From IMG/VR virus record IMGVR_UViG_2651869724_000014: 46,907 nt of DNA; one strand, given 5' to 3'. The notes beneath the pieces are model-generated. The model was not told the DNA's origin. It saw only the letters and a list, made by a program, of their open reading frames with translations, and did not search any database. Source of the stretch: a virus. Its lineage: Duplodnaviria > Heunggongvirae > Uroviricota > Caudoviricetes. A program made the translations under genes and the position numbers. Below, piece by piece: positions 17,299 through 25,411 of this stretch (its first letter is position 1; each line of letters begins with the position of its first letter).

Positions 17299-17374
17299 TC
17301 CTCTGTAGTTCAGTCGGTAGAACGGCGGACTGTTAATCCGTATGTCACTGGTTCGAGTCCAGTCAGAGGAGCCA
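17299..17374 (+). tRNA. asnT: tRNA-Asn (anticodon GTT)
   Basis: TCCTCTGTAGTTCAGTCGGTAGAACGGCGGACTGTTAATCCGTATGTCACTGGTTCGAGTCCAGTCAGAGGAGCCA, 76 nt. Confidence 0.95.
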
Positions 17375-17375
17375 A
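17351..17375. repeat. attL core (3' end of asnT)
   Basis: gttcgagtccagtcagaggagccaa, identical to 45796-45820. Confidence 0.85.
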
Positions 17376-17386
17376 TTTAAAGAAAG

Positions 17387-17410
17387 CAGACGTTCACTGA
17401 CGTCTGTTTT
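17387..17410 (+). terminator. Island-borne terminator for asnT
   Basis: cagacgt-tcactg-acgtctg followed by tttt. Confidence 0.5.
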
Positions 17411-17489
17411 CTGCATTTATATCAACTGGTTATCCCCTTCTTCAGGTTCACCCTCGTTCGTTAAAAACCGCTCGAATCCACACTACTTT

Positions 17490-17536
17490 GCTGGTAAAAA
17501 TGCTGGTAAAGCTGGTTCGATTTGCGTTTTACCAGC
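17490..17536. promoter_or_regulatory. GCTGGTAAA repeats (candidate integrase arm-type sites)
   Basis: gctggtaaa at 17490 and 17502, gctggttcg at 17511, and inverted ttttaccagc at 17527. Related copies lie at 45726-45748 near attR. Confidence 0.3.
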
Positions 17537-17553
17537 ACGCGGAGGGAACCGTC

Positions 17554-18822
17554 ATGTCACTTACTGATACTAAAGTAAAAAATGCCAGACCAGCGGAAAA
17601 AGCCGTCAAGCTCACTGATGGATTTGGTCTCTACCTTCTTTTGCATCCCAATGGTTCAAAATACTGGCAGTTAGGCTATCGCTTCGATGGTAAACAGAAA
17701 GTGTTTTCCATTGGTGTTTACCCTGCGGTTTCTCTTGCTGATGCCAGACAACGACGTGATGAAGCAAAAAAGCTGCTTGCTCAGGGAATCGATCCTAACG
17801 CTAAAAAACAGGCTGATGAAAAAACTCTGCAGGAAAAGCGGGATAAAACCCGTTCGTTCCGTGTCGTCGCCAGAAGCTGGTTTGCCACCAAAACAAAATG
17901 GTCTGAAGATTACGCCGATACGGTATGGAAGCGCCTTGAGACCTATGTATTCCCGGATATTGGTGACAGCAACGTTTCAGATCTGGATACGGGTGATCTG
18001 CTTGTTCCGGTAAAAAAAGCAGAAACGCTTGGCTATCTTGAAATTGCCATGCGGATCAAGCAATACATCACTGCCATCCTGCGTCACGCCGTCCAGCAAA
18101 AACTTATGCGCCATAATCCTGCTTACGATATGGAAGGTGCTGTGCAGAAACCAGAGACTGAGCACCGTCCCGCACTGGAGCTGGAAGAGATCCCCCTGCT
18201 ACTTGAACGTATTGATGCCTACAAAGGCCGTGGACTTACCACACTGGCGATTAAACTCAATCTGTTGATTTTCATTCGTTCCAGTGAACTCCGCTATGCA
18301 CGATGGTCAGAAATCGACTTCAACAGTAAGTTATGGGTGATACCAGAAAAGCGTGAAGTGATTGAGCGCGTCAAATATTCCACGCGTGGCGCAAAAATGA
18401 AACGCCAGCACTTTGTTCCCCTTTGCAGGCAGGCTCTTAAGATACTGAAAGAGATCCGTCAGCTTACCTATGAAGAAGGTAATGACGCCGGATTAATTTT
18501 TACTGGATGTTATGACTCATTCAAACCCATGAGTGAAAACACCATCAACAAGGCGCTGCGTAAGATGGGCTATGACACCACGCAGGACATCTGCGGTCAT
18601 GGTTTCCGAACACTGGCATGTAGTGCTCTGATTGAATCAGGGCTATGGTCTAAAGATGCGGTAGAACTTCAGATGAGCCACAAGGAAAGCAACAGTGTGC
18701 GTGCTGCCTATACCCATAAGGCCAAACATCTTGAACAGAGAAGATTGATGTTACAGTGGTGGGCAGATTATCTTGATGCAAATCGGGATGGGATGGTCAG
18801 GCCGTTTGAGTTTGCTCAATAA
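17554..18822 (+). CDS. P4-family tyrosine integrase
   Basis: MSLTDTKVKNARPAEKAVKLTDGFGLYLLLHPNGSKYWQLGYRFDGKQKVFSIGVYPAVSLADAR is a typical DUF4102 arm domain. C-terminal HGFR...Y catalytic motifs. Confidence 0.9.
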   Translation: MSLTDTKVKNARPAEKAVKLTDGFGLYLLLHPNGSKYWQLGYRFDGKQKVFSIGVYPAVSLADARQRRDEAKKLLAQGIDPNAKKQADEKTLQEKRDKTRSFRVVARSWFATKTKWSEDYADTVWKRLETYVFPDIGDSNVSDLDTGDLLVPVKKAETLGYLEIAMRIKQYITAILRHAVQQKLMRHNPAYDMEGAVQKPETEHRPALELEEIPLLLERIDAYKGRGLTTLAIKLNLLIFIRSSELRYARWSEIDFNSKLWVIPEKREVIERVKYSTRGAKMKRQHFVPLCRQALKILKEIRQLTYEEGNDAGLIFTGCYDSFKPMSENTINKALRKMGYDTTQDICGHGFRTLACSALIESGLWSKDAVELQMSHKESNSVRAAYTHKAKHLEQRRLMLQWWADYLDANRDGMVRPFEFAQ

Positions 18823-18857
18823 AAGTAAACATGGTGGTCAAAGGTTGCTTCAACTTC

Positions 18858-18884
18858 AATGCGGCTAAAGATATTAGCCGCATT
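18858..18884. terminator. 10-bp-stem hairpin between the convergent integrase and HEPN genes
   Basis: aatgcggcta-aagatat-tagccgcatt. No clear U-run. Confidence 0.35.
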
Positions 18885-18888
18885 AATA

Positions 18889-19605
18889 CTAAATCGCTAA
18901 CAGTTCTGTTTTCCAGTATTCACTACCACTTTTATCACAGACATGTGAATATAATATCCTATCCATAATCCTAACAATTTCTTTAACATTATTTAGCTTA
19001 TCAATAACAGTATCTTTTGAAAGATTAATTGAAGAATATGAATGGGCTAACTCCGTGCGGCTATCAGAGAAAGACTGGAGCATGAACTCATAATCTTTTT
19101 TACCTTTCGCAGTCATTGCTTTTAATATATCTTTGATACCAAATCTATTAAAAAGAAGTTTGATATTTTTTTTGGAAGGATATTTTTTATCCATTATCAG
19201 CTGTTTTGGGACAATAACAGGCTTTACAGGAGAATTAGGTGACGATAACGCCTGAAGTTTATCCTTACACTTATTTAAGTCACTCATCATTATTGACTCA
19301 GAACCATGAGAAACGTAATTTATAAAATTTTTCTCTTGGTTTTTGAATAAAGAAAACAAGATAATTTCATCAGGTAGATGCGAAAGGCATCCGTTATTTT
19401 GGTTCAGCATGTCAATCCAATCTTCCAAAACATCTTTAATATAATCTTCGAATGCAGCAGAAACTCGAAATATCGCGTTATTATAAACACTATGTATAAT
19501 ATCTGTTCTTAATTCTTTTATTTTTGAAACATAACGAACCTGTTCAAGCAAATTGGAATGAATCTGCTCGAATTGTTTTCTAGATGCGCTTTTAATATAT
19601 GCCAT
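18889..19605 (-). CDS. HEPN-type (RiboL-PSP / MAE_28990-like) putative RNase
   Basis: Predicted helical 238-aa protein with an R-x4-H motif (RTELAH) near the C-terminus. Start overlaps the DUF262 stop (TGATG). Confidence 0.7.
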   Translation of the reverse strand: MAYIKSASRKQFEQIHSNLLEQVRYVSKIKELRTDIIHSVYNNAIFRVSAAFEDYIKDVLEDWIDMLNQNNGCLSHLPDEIILFSLFKNQEKNFINYVSHGSESIMMSDLNKCKDKLQALSSPNSPVKPVIVPKQLIMDKKYPSKKNIKLLFNRFGIKDILKAMTAKGKKDYEFMLQSFSDSRTELAHSYSSINLSKDTVIDKLNNVKEIVRIMDRILYSHVCDKSGSEYWKTELLAI

Positions 19606-20720
19606 CAGTTGAAATACCGTTCAATGAAATTTTTCATTGTGCTAATACGATAATGAACCGATTGCGTCGCCGAAGTGCCAGAAGTAATCGACTCATTAAA
19701 ACGCTCCTCTGATGTTATTCTTTGAAACTCTATTAAGAAATCCTTAAGTTTTGTTGCATCAAGTTCGTTTATCATATCCTGATTAAATTTTGATACCATA
19801 AACCCGACAATTAGAGCATCAAATAAAGCAGAATTGAAATTTCTTACTTGAGGCTCTAAGTTTTCATTTAGAATTCTAAATGCTTTTTTACCAAACAATT
19901 TATTAATACAGTTTAATGCACCAAGAAATCTACTACGCCACTCCAAGGCAACATCAGGTTCAATATTTTGTTTTTCAGAACTAAAATCATTAAGGAATTT
20001 CTTTAATGGTTTTTTATATGGTGTCACAGAATATGAAAGTGCGAATGCTCTCAATATGAGTTCATTATTCTTCATTCGTGTGTCATTTTTAATTCCTGTT
20101 AAGTCTCTCCATACTTTCTCCTCACTTATTTCGTCAATCATAGTAAATAATGGACCATGATAAACTCCATGACGTACCTCCTGAGGATTTAATTGTACTG
20201 CACCTGTATTTATTCTTTCAAAAACATCAATTTTAATTTGAGGGTGAGTTTCTTTTAATATGGTTATGCATCTCAATGTGCGATTTAAAATATGCCTACG
20301 GAATCTCGCGTCCAGTGATGAAAACGAATTCCCCTCCAATTCTGGATATGCTGTCAATCCCTGTAATTCAAAACCATCCTCAATAAATAGTTTAATTGAA
20401 GTCAACCGTTGATTACCATCAATAACAGATAAACTCTCATCTTTCTCTTGGTTTAAATAAATAACAGGGATAGGACACTGGATTATTAAAGACTCAATTA
20501 ATCTTGATGCCTGCCCTCTACTCCAAACATATTTCCTTTGAAAATCAGGAATAAACACAGTACCATTTTTCAAATAGTCGACGAGTGTTGATATTGAAAA
20601 ATCGTAAGTCTCGGTATGCAATCGACGCTGCTCAGGGGGAATATCAACGATAGAAATATCATCATCATCAAATATTGGGAAAAGTTTATCCGCAAGTTTT
20701 TTGGCATCATTAACAGACAT
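19605..20720 (-). CDS. DUF262 (GmrSD N-terminal / ParB-like) protein
   Basis: IPDFQRKYVWSRGQASRLIESLIIQCPIPVIYL...VIDGNQRLTSI are the DUF262 signature blocks. No recognisable DUF1524/HNH half. Confidence 0.85.
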   Translation of the reverse strand: MSVNDAKKLADKLFPIFDDDDISIVDIPPEQRRLHTETYDFSISTLVDYLKNGTVFIPDFQRKYVWSRGQASRLIESLIIQCPIPVIYLNQEKDESLSVIDGNQRLTSIKLFIEDGFELQGLTAYPELEGNSFSSLDARFRRHILNRTLRCITILKETHPQIKIDVFERINTGAVQLNPQEVRHGVYHGPLFTMIDEISEEKVWRDLTGIKNDTRMKNNELILRAFALSYSVTPYKKPLKKFLNDFSSEKQNIEPDVALEWRSRFLGALNCINKLFGKKAFRILNENLEPQVRNFNSALFDALIVGFMVSKFNQDMINELDATKLKDFLIEFQRITSEERFNESITSGTSATQSVHYRISTMKNFIERYFN

Positions 20721-20921
20721 AATAGAACCTCATAAAAATAATTTTAATATATATTACATTAATGATCATTAATAATAAACACCATCAGTAAAAGATAAAA
20801 ATTACCCGCAAACTATAAATGCGCTTATCATTGCATATGTTATATATATCACAATAACAATAAGTATTTCAATACCTTAGATTACCTTCTACATGCGAAA
20901 TTCTGATGTTGATAAAAAGTA

Positions 20922-22199
20922 ATGTTAAAGAATACCAAGGAATGTGCCAACTCTGTATCAAGTGTGACGAATGCCATTGAAAGGGCCAAGGAACTATCAG
21001 GACTCGTCGTATCACGATTAAAATCCGAAGGCATGTATGCGGTTGGTAATGTGGATGGTTTATACCTTCGCATCCGAAATCAGTCCCGTGCATGGGTTCT
21101 TTGCGTGGCTATGGGAACCCGAATCAACAATCTCGGTAGAACAGTTCCAAGACGTTTGAATATGGGGCTTGGCCCTTACCCGGAAGTCTCCTTAGCCGAA
21201 GCGCGTGACAAAGCGCGTGAGCTACGTAAACAAATCCGTAATGGTATTAATCCCCTTCAAGAAAAACACGAACAAAAAGCCCGGCAGGAAATACTGGCCC
21301 GGAAGAAAAAGACCTTTGCCGAATGTTGTGAAGAAGTGCTGGAGGTCAAAGACAGTGAGATGAAGAACAAAAAACATCTCGCGCAATGGCGTTCCACACT
21401 GGAAACCTATGCCTACCCTTTCATTGGCAAAAAGGCCGTTAGTGAAATCACCAAAGTCGATCTTCTGGCAATACTGGAACCTATCTGGTTAACCAAGAAT
21501 GAAACTGCCAGTCGTCTACGTGGACGTATTGAAACAGTGATCGATTACGCCAAGGCCAAAGAATACTTTGAAGGTGATAATCCTGCCGCATGGAAAGGTA
21601 TGCTGAAACCTCTGTTGCCTCAGCCAAGTAAAGTTCAGATCACCAAACACCATGCGGCCCTTCCCTATAACCAGATCGGCTCTTTTATGAAAGAACTACG
21701 TGAACGAAGCGGCGTTTCTCCTCGTGCGCTTGAGTTTGCCATACTGACCGCAGCACGCTCAGGTGAAATTCGTGGTGCCGAGTGGTCAGAGATCGATCTT
21801 GAAGGTAAAACGTGGACCATACCTGCAAGCCGAATGAAAGCAGCGAAGGAGCATCGAGTTCCTCTGTCTGATGCTGCTGTTGCCTTGTTAAAAGCTTTAC
21901 CACGCTTTAAGGGTATCAGTTTTGTATTCCCTGCCACTCGGAAGGGACAACTCTCGGATACGGCTTTACTGGCAGTCCTAAAGCGAATGGGATATACCGA
22001 TTTAACACAGCATGGGTTTAGATCGACATTCCGTGATTGGGCTGGTGAAACGACCAACTATCCGCGTGAGGTAATTGAACATGCGTTAGCTCACCAGTTG
22101 GCAGATAAGGCAGAGGCTGCGTATCAACGTGGGACGTTATGGCCTAAGCGGGTGGCGTTGATGGATGAGTGGTCGGGGTTTTGTCTTGCCAATGTTTAG
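20922..22199 (+). CDS. Second tyrosine integrase (P4/CP4-57-like)
   Basis: GLGPYPEVSLAEARDKARELRKQIRNGINP arm/SAM-like region. HGFRSTFRDW...AYQRG catalytic end. Confidence 0.85.
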   Translation: MLKNTKECANSVSSVTNAIERAKELSGLVVSRLKSEGMYAVGNVDGLYLRIRNQSRAWVLCVAMGTRINNLGRTVPRRLNMGLGPYPEVSLAEARDKARELRKQIRNGINPLQEKHEQKARQEILARKKKTFAECCEEVLEVKDSEMKNKKHLAQWRSTLETYAYPFIGKKAVSEITKVDLLAILEPIWLTKNETASRLRGRIETVIDYAKAKEYFEGDNPAAWKGMLKPLLPQPSKVQITKHHAALPYNQIGSFMKELRERSGVSPRALEFAILTAARSGEIRGAEWSEIDLEGKTWTIPASRMKAAKEHRVPLSDAAVALLKALPRFKGISFVFPATRKGQLSDTALLAVLKRMGYTDLTQHGFRSTFRDWAGETTNYPREVIEHALAHQLADKAEAAYQRGTLWPKRVALMDEWSGFCLANV

Positions 22200-22209
22200 C
22201 GGTCTGATT

Positions 22210-22503
22210 GAAAACATGATCAACAAGGCGCTGCGTAAGATGGGCTATGACACCACGCAGGATATTTGCGGTCATGGTTTCCGCACACTGGCATGTAGTG
22301 CTCTGATTGAATCAGGGCTATGGTCTGAAGATGCGGTGGAACTCCAGATGAACCACAAGGAAAGCAACAGTGTTCGTGCTGCCTATACACATAAGGCCAA
22401 ACATCTTGAGCAGCGAAGGTTGATGCTACAATGGTAGGCAGATTTTCTTGATGCTAACTGGGATGGGATGGTCAGGCCGTTTGAGTTTGCTCAGAAACAA
22501 TAA
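22210..22503 (+). pseudogene. Displaced 3' fragment of a P4-type integrase gene (paralogous to 18535-18822)
   Basis: Aligns base-for-base with the 3' end of the first integrase: about 20-odd substitutions and one 6-nt indel by hand count. TGG to TAG at 22435-22437. Confidence 0.85.
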
Positions 22504-22535
22504 TCGCCTTCCAGCAAGCAGACAATCGCAGTAAA

Positions 22536-22566
22536 TAAAAAACGCAGGGAGGTTTTACTCTCCCTG
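22536..22566 (-). terminator. Rho-independent terminator of the 83-aa gene
   Basis: Minus strand: cagggag-agtaaaac-ctccctg followed by a T-run. Confidence 0.6.
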
Positions 22567-22573
22567 TTACTTA

Positions 22574-22825
22574 TCACTTACGCCCTTTGTTTGATTGTGC
22601 CAAAACAGAGGCTGCAAGTTGCTTCGTTAACTTGCTGGAACGTGGATTATCAAGAGCTGATGATGCCTTATGCTCCATTTGCCCACTTGTCTGGTTTGAT
22701 GTCCCACGTTGCGAAAGCGCAGAACCAGCGAGGCTTTTCTGGATGGCAGAAGCATTAGGATTAGCCAGCGTTTTTGCAGCAGTAGAAGCCACATTTTCAG
22801 AAGTCTGTTTTACGTTTTTACTCAT
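22574..22825 (-). CDS. Hypothetical 83-aa Ala/Ser/Gln-rich protein
   Basis: ORF from MSKNVKQTSENV... followed by a terminator. No family recognised. Confidence 0.55.
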   Translation of the reverse strand: MSKNVKQTSENVASTAAKTLANPNASAIQKSLAGSALSQRGTSNQTSGQMEHKASSALDNPRSSKLTKQLAASVLAQSNKGRK

Positions 22826-23191
22826 GAAACGAATCCCCAAGAAGTTATGAATATCCCTTATGTAGTACTTACATTCCTAAAGAAACACCACATACAGTGG
22901 CATCAACAGATTTTATAATCCTTTGTTTTCCTAAAAACAAGTCTAAAACTGTATAAAAACACAGTTATGATATAGTCTATTGTTTTTAATGAATAAAAAT
23001 AACTAATCGCGTTTAACGAAGAGAAACTAAAAGTTAGCCACTGCTATGAAAAAGAGCTCCTGACAGCAAATAACTTTCAGAAATCTATAGCGATCTTCAT
23101 CTTGAGAGAGGCTTGTACTTAACCCGCAAAAGGTATAGGTATATAATTATTATCAGCTTATACCAAATGGCTATCAATGATAGGAATAAAA

Positions 23192-24097
23192 ATGATTTTA
23201 GTTATAACATCTAGCTTTGATAAAACAATTGATTACATAGTAAAAAAACATAGCATTAACAATTTTTACAGGTTAGATGTTGATAATTTCTCTGAATATA
23301 AATTTTCTTACACTAAAAAAGGATTCAGTATTGTTAATAAAAATAATAATGAATTGCTCGAGAGTGAATGCAGATCCATCTATTATAGAAAACCAACTCC
23401 TGAGAATATTATCAATAAAATTGATTCAAAATATCATAATCATTGCTTTCGAGAAGTATTCGCTTTTGTTGAAGGGATTGCTGAGTCGTTTACTGGAAAA
23501 TGCTTATCCAAGCCATCAATTATAAAAAGAGCAGATAACAAAGTATTGCAAGCAAAAACTGCAATTGATATTGGATTCACAATTCCTGATTTTATATTGA
23601 CAAATAATTTCGATTGTTTCAAAAACACTTTGACAATCAATAGCATTGTCAAACCGTTATCAAGTGGATTGATAGAAAATCAGAAAGAAAAGGAATTTGT
23701 TCAAACAAATATGGTTGACATGAATAAAAACACAGAAACATTAAAATATTGTCCAGCTTATTTTCAATCGTATACAAAAAAAGAATTCGAGGTGAGATCA
23801 ACATTCATAAATGGTAAAGATTATTCGGTAAAAATAATATCTAAAAATAAAATTGACTGGAGAAAAGACAATAACGAAATATTCTATTCAACAATAAAAA
23901 TGCCTGATACTATAAAAGAAAAATGTCTGAGGTATATGTCAGTCATGAATATTTCTTTTGGATGTTTTGATTTTATAGTTTTTGATGGTGAATGGTTCTT
24001 CTTAGAGATGAATGCAAATGGTCAATGGGCATGGCTAGAAAATGAAACGAATATTAATGTGTCAAGTGAGTTAGTGAGGTTTTTAAATGAAGTATAA
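23192..24097 (+). CDS. MvdC/MvdD-type ATP-grasp ligase (RiPP macrocyclase-like)
   Basis: Blocks MILVITSSFDKT, SIYYRK, RADNKVLQAKTAIDIGFTIPDF, IDWRKD and FGCFDFIVFDGEWFFLEMNANGQWAWLE parallel the microviridin-type ATP-grasp enzymes. AGGA RBS before the ATG at 23192 (the track ORF starts at 23177). Confidence 0.8.
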   Translation: MILVITSSFDKTIDYIVKKHSINNFYRLDVDNFSEYKFSYTKKGFSIVNKNNNELLESECRSIYYRKPTPENIINKIDSKYHNHCFREVFAFVEGIAESFTGKCLSKPSIIKRADNKVLQAKTAIDIGFTIPDFILTNNFDCFKNTLTINSIVKPLSSGLIENQKEKEFVQTNMVDMNKNTETLKYCPAYFQSYTKKEFEVRSTFINGKDYSVKIISKNKIDWRKDNNEIFYSTIKMPDTIKEKCLRYMSVMNISFGCFDFIVFDGEWFFLEMNANGQWAWLENETNINVSSELVRFLNEV

Positions 24098-24941
24098 TTT
24101 CATTTACTTTATTATAAAATTATTAAACTTTTCATTATTATTCCACACATCATTAGATGAGAATTTTGATACTATTGAAAAAAGAAATGTTATTAATTCC
24201 ACGTCATTAAGAGTATCTTTATTATGTTTTCCTGTGGGGAGTAAAATAATATATTTATTAACTTTCAATAAAAAATCAAACCGTATTTTGGATAAATCTA
24301 ACTTCCAGTTTTTTACGAGCATACACTATGATACACTTTGCCCAAGAATATCGGGCACAAAAATTGAAGAATATGTCATGGCGTATAGTCAATATATTAA
24401 ATCAATTCTACCTAAAAGAAGGAAGGAACAAGAAGATTTTTTAAAGCAGCGCCTTTCCGAAAATAACGATAGTTTATCTAATCTTCAAAGTAAGATAACA
24501 CATTATACTACTATCACTATTGCCCTCACAGGGGCAGTGGTTTATCTACAAACCATTCTACCATCCGCAAATACAAATTTTGCAATAAGATTTATTTCCT
24601 ATTATTTATTTTTTATATTGCTTGTTGATATAATTAATTTATTTCTTTTTCTAAGAAAAGGAATGATGGTAAGTAGTTTTTCTCAATCAAGTTTTAAATC
24701 ATTAAAATTTGATAACAGTAATTATGCCTTAACGAAGGCTATATATCGTGACTGGATAGCAAGAAAAGATGACGTCAGATATTTTGCAGGTATAGTTAGA
24801 AATGCCGAAAAATATCTATACAGATCGATTTTAGTTGGAATCACGCTATACATGTTTTCCATTTCACTGCAATATTATAGCGATAATCCAGTGAATGAAA
24901 TCATATTCACGCCGTCAGGCATGTTTTTAGCTGTAAATTAA
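24087..24941 (+). CDS. Multi-pass membrane protein of unknown function
   Basis: GAGG RBS and an 11-nt overlap with the ligase gene. Hydrophobic segments: TTITIALTGAVVYLQTIL, FISYYLFFILLVDIINLFLFL, SILVGITLYMFSISL. Confidence 0.6.
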   Translation: MKYNFIYFIIKLLNFSLLFHTSLDENFDTIEKRNVINSTSLRVSLLCFPVGSKIIYLLTFNKKSNRILDKSNFQFFTSIHYDTLCPRISGTKIEEYVMAYSQYIKSILPKRRKEQEDFLKQRLSENNDSLSNLQSKITHYTTITIALTGAVVYLQTILPSANTNFAIRFISYYLFFILLVDIINLFLFLRKGMMVSSFSQSSFKSLKFDNSNYALTKAIYRDWIARKDDVRYFAGIVRNAEKYLYRSILVGITLYMFSISLQYYSDNPVNEIIFTPSGMFLAVN

Positions 24942-24952
24942 AAGGATATAAT

Positions 24953-25297
24953 ATGAAACCGTATACTATGCTCTATAGTGAATCTTTCGAAATAAACGCA
25001 TCAACAATTTCAAGTAAAACAAACTCTACCGTAAAAACATTTACCACAGAACCTAATGATGAAGATTATCTCAACACTTGGACAACGCATACAAGAGTCA
25101 TAGAGAACCAAGATGAGGATTACAGTTTAGCCCCCAGCAACTGTGAAAGAAAATACGAAATATCTAATGAAAAGCAGTCTGCTATGGATACATTTTTTAC
25201 AGAATCTATTGAAAATAATGATGATGATTTTATAGTATGTAGAACATTTGTAACAAATGTCGTTGAATCAGGTGATGATGATTTCTATTTTAACTAA
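24953..25297 (+). CDS. 114-aa acidic protein with four T-[FW]-x-T...D-[DE]-D-[FY] repeats (candidate multi-core precursor)
   Basis: AAGGA RBS. Repeats: TFTTEPNDEDY, TWTTHTRVIENQDEDY, TFFTESIENNDDDF, TFVTNVVESGDDDF. Confidence 0.65.
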   Translation: MKPYTMLYSESFEINASTISSKTNSTVKTFTTEPNDEDYLNTWTTHTRVIENQDEDYSLAPSNCERKYEISNEKQSAMDTFFTESIENNDDDFIVCRTFVTNVVESGDDDFYFN

Positions 25298-25327
25298 ATA
25301 GATTCTGGTGAAACAAACGCCTTAATT

Positions 25328-25352
25328 ATAAAGGGCCTTCTTGGCCCTTTTA
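25328..25352. terminator. Bidirectional terminator between convergent genes
   Basis: aagggcc-ttctt-ggccctt flanked by A/T runs. Confidence 0.6.
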
Positions 25353-25411
25353 ATTTACCATGACATATGATAATGGCAATTATCACCATTTAAATAAAAT
25401 GGACAGAAACA

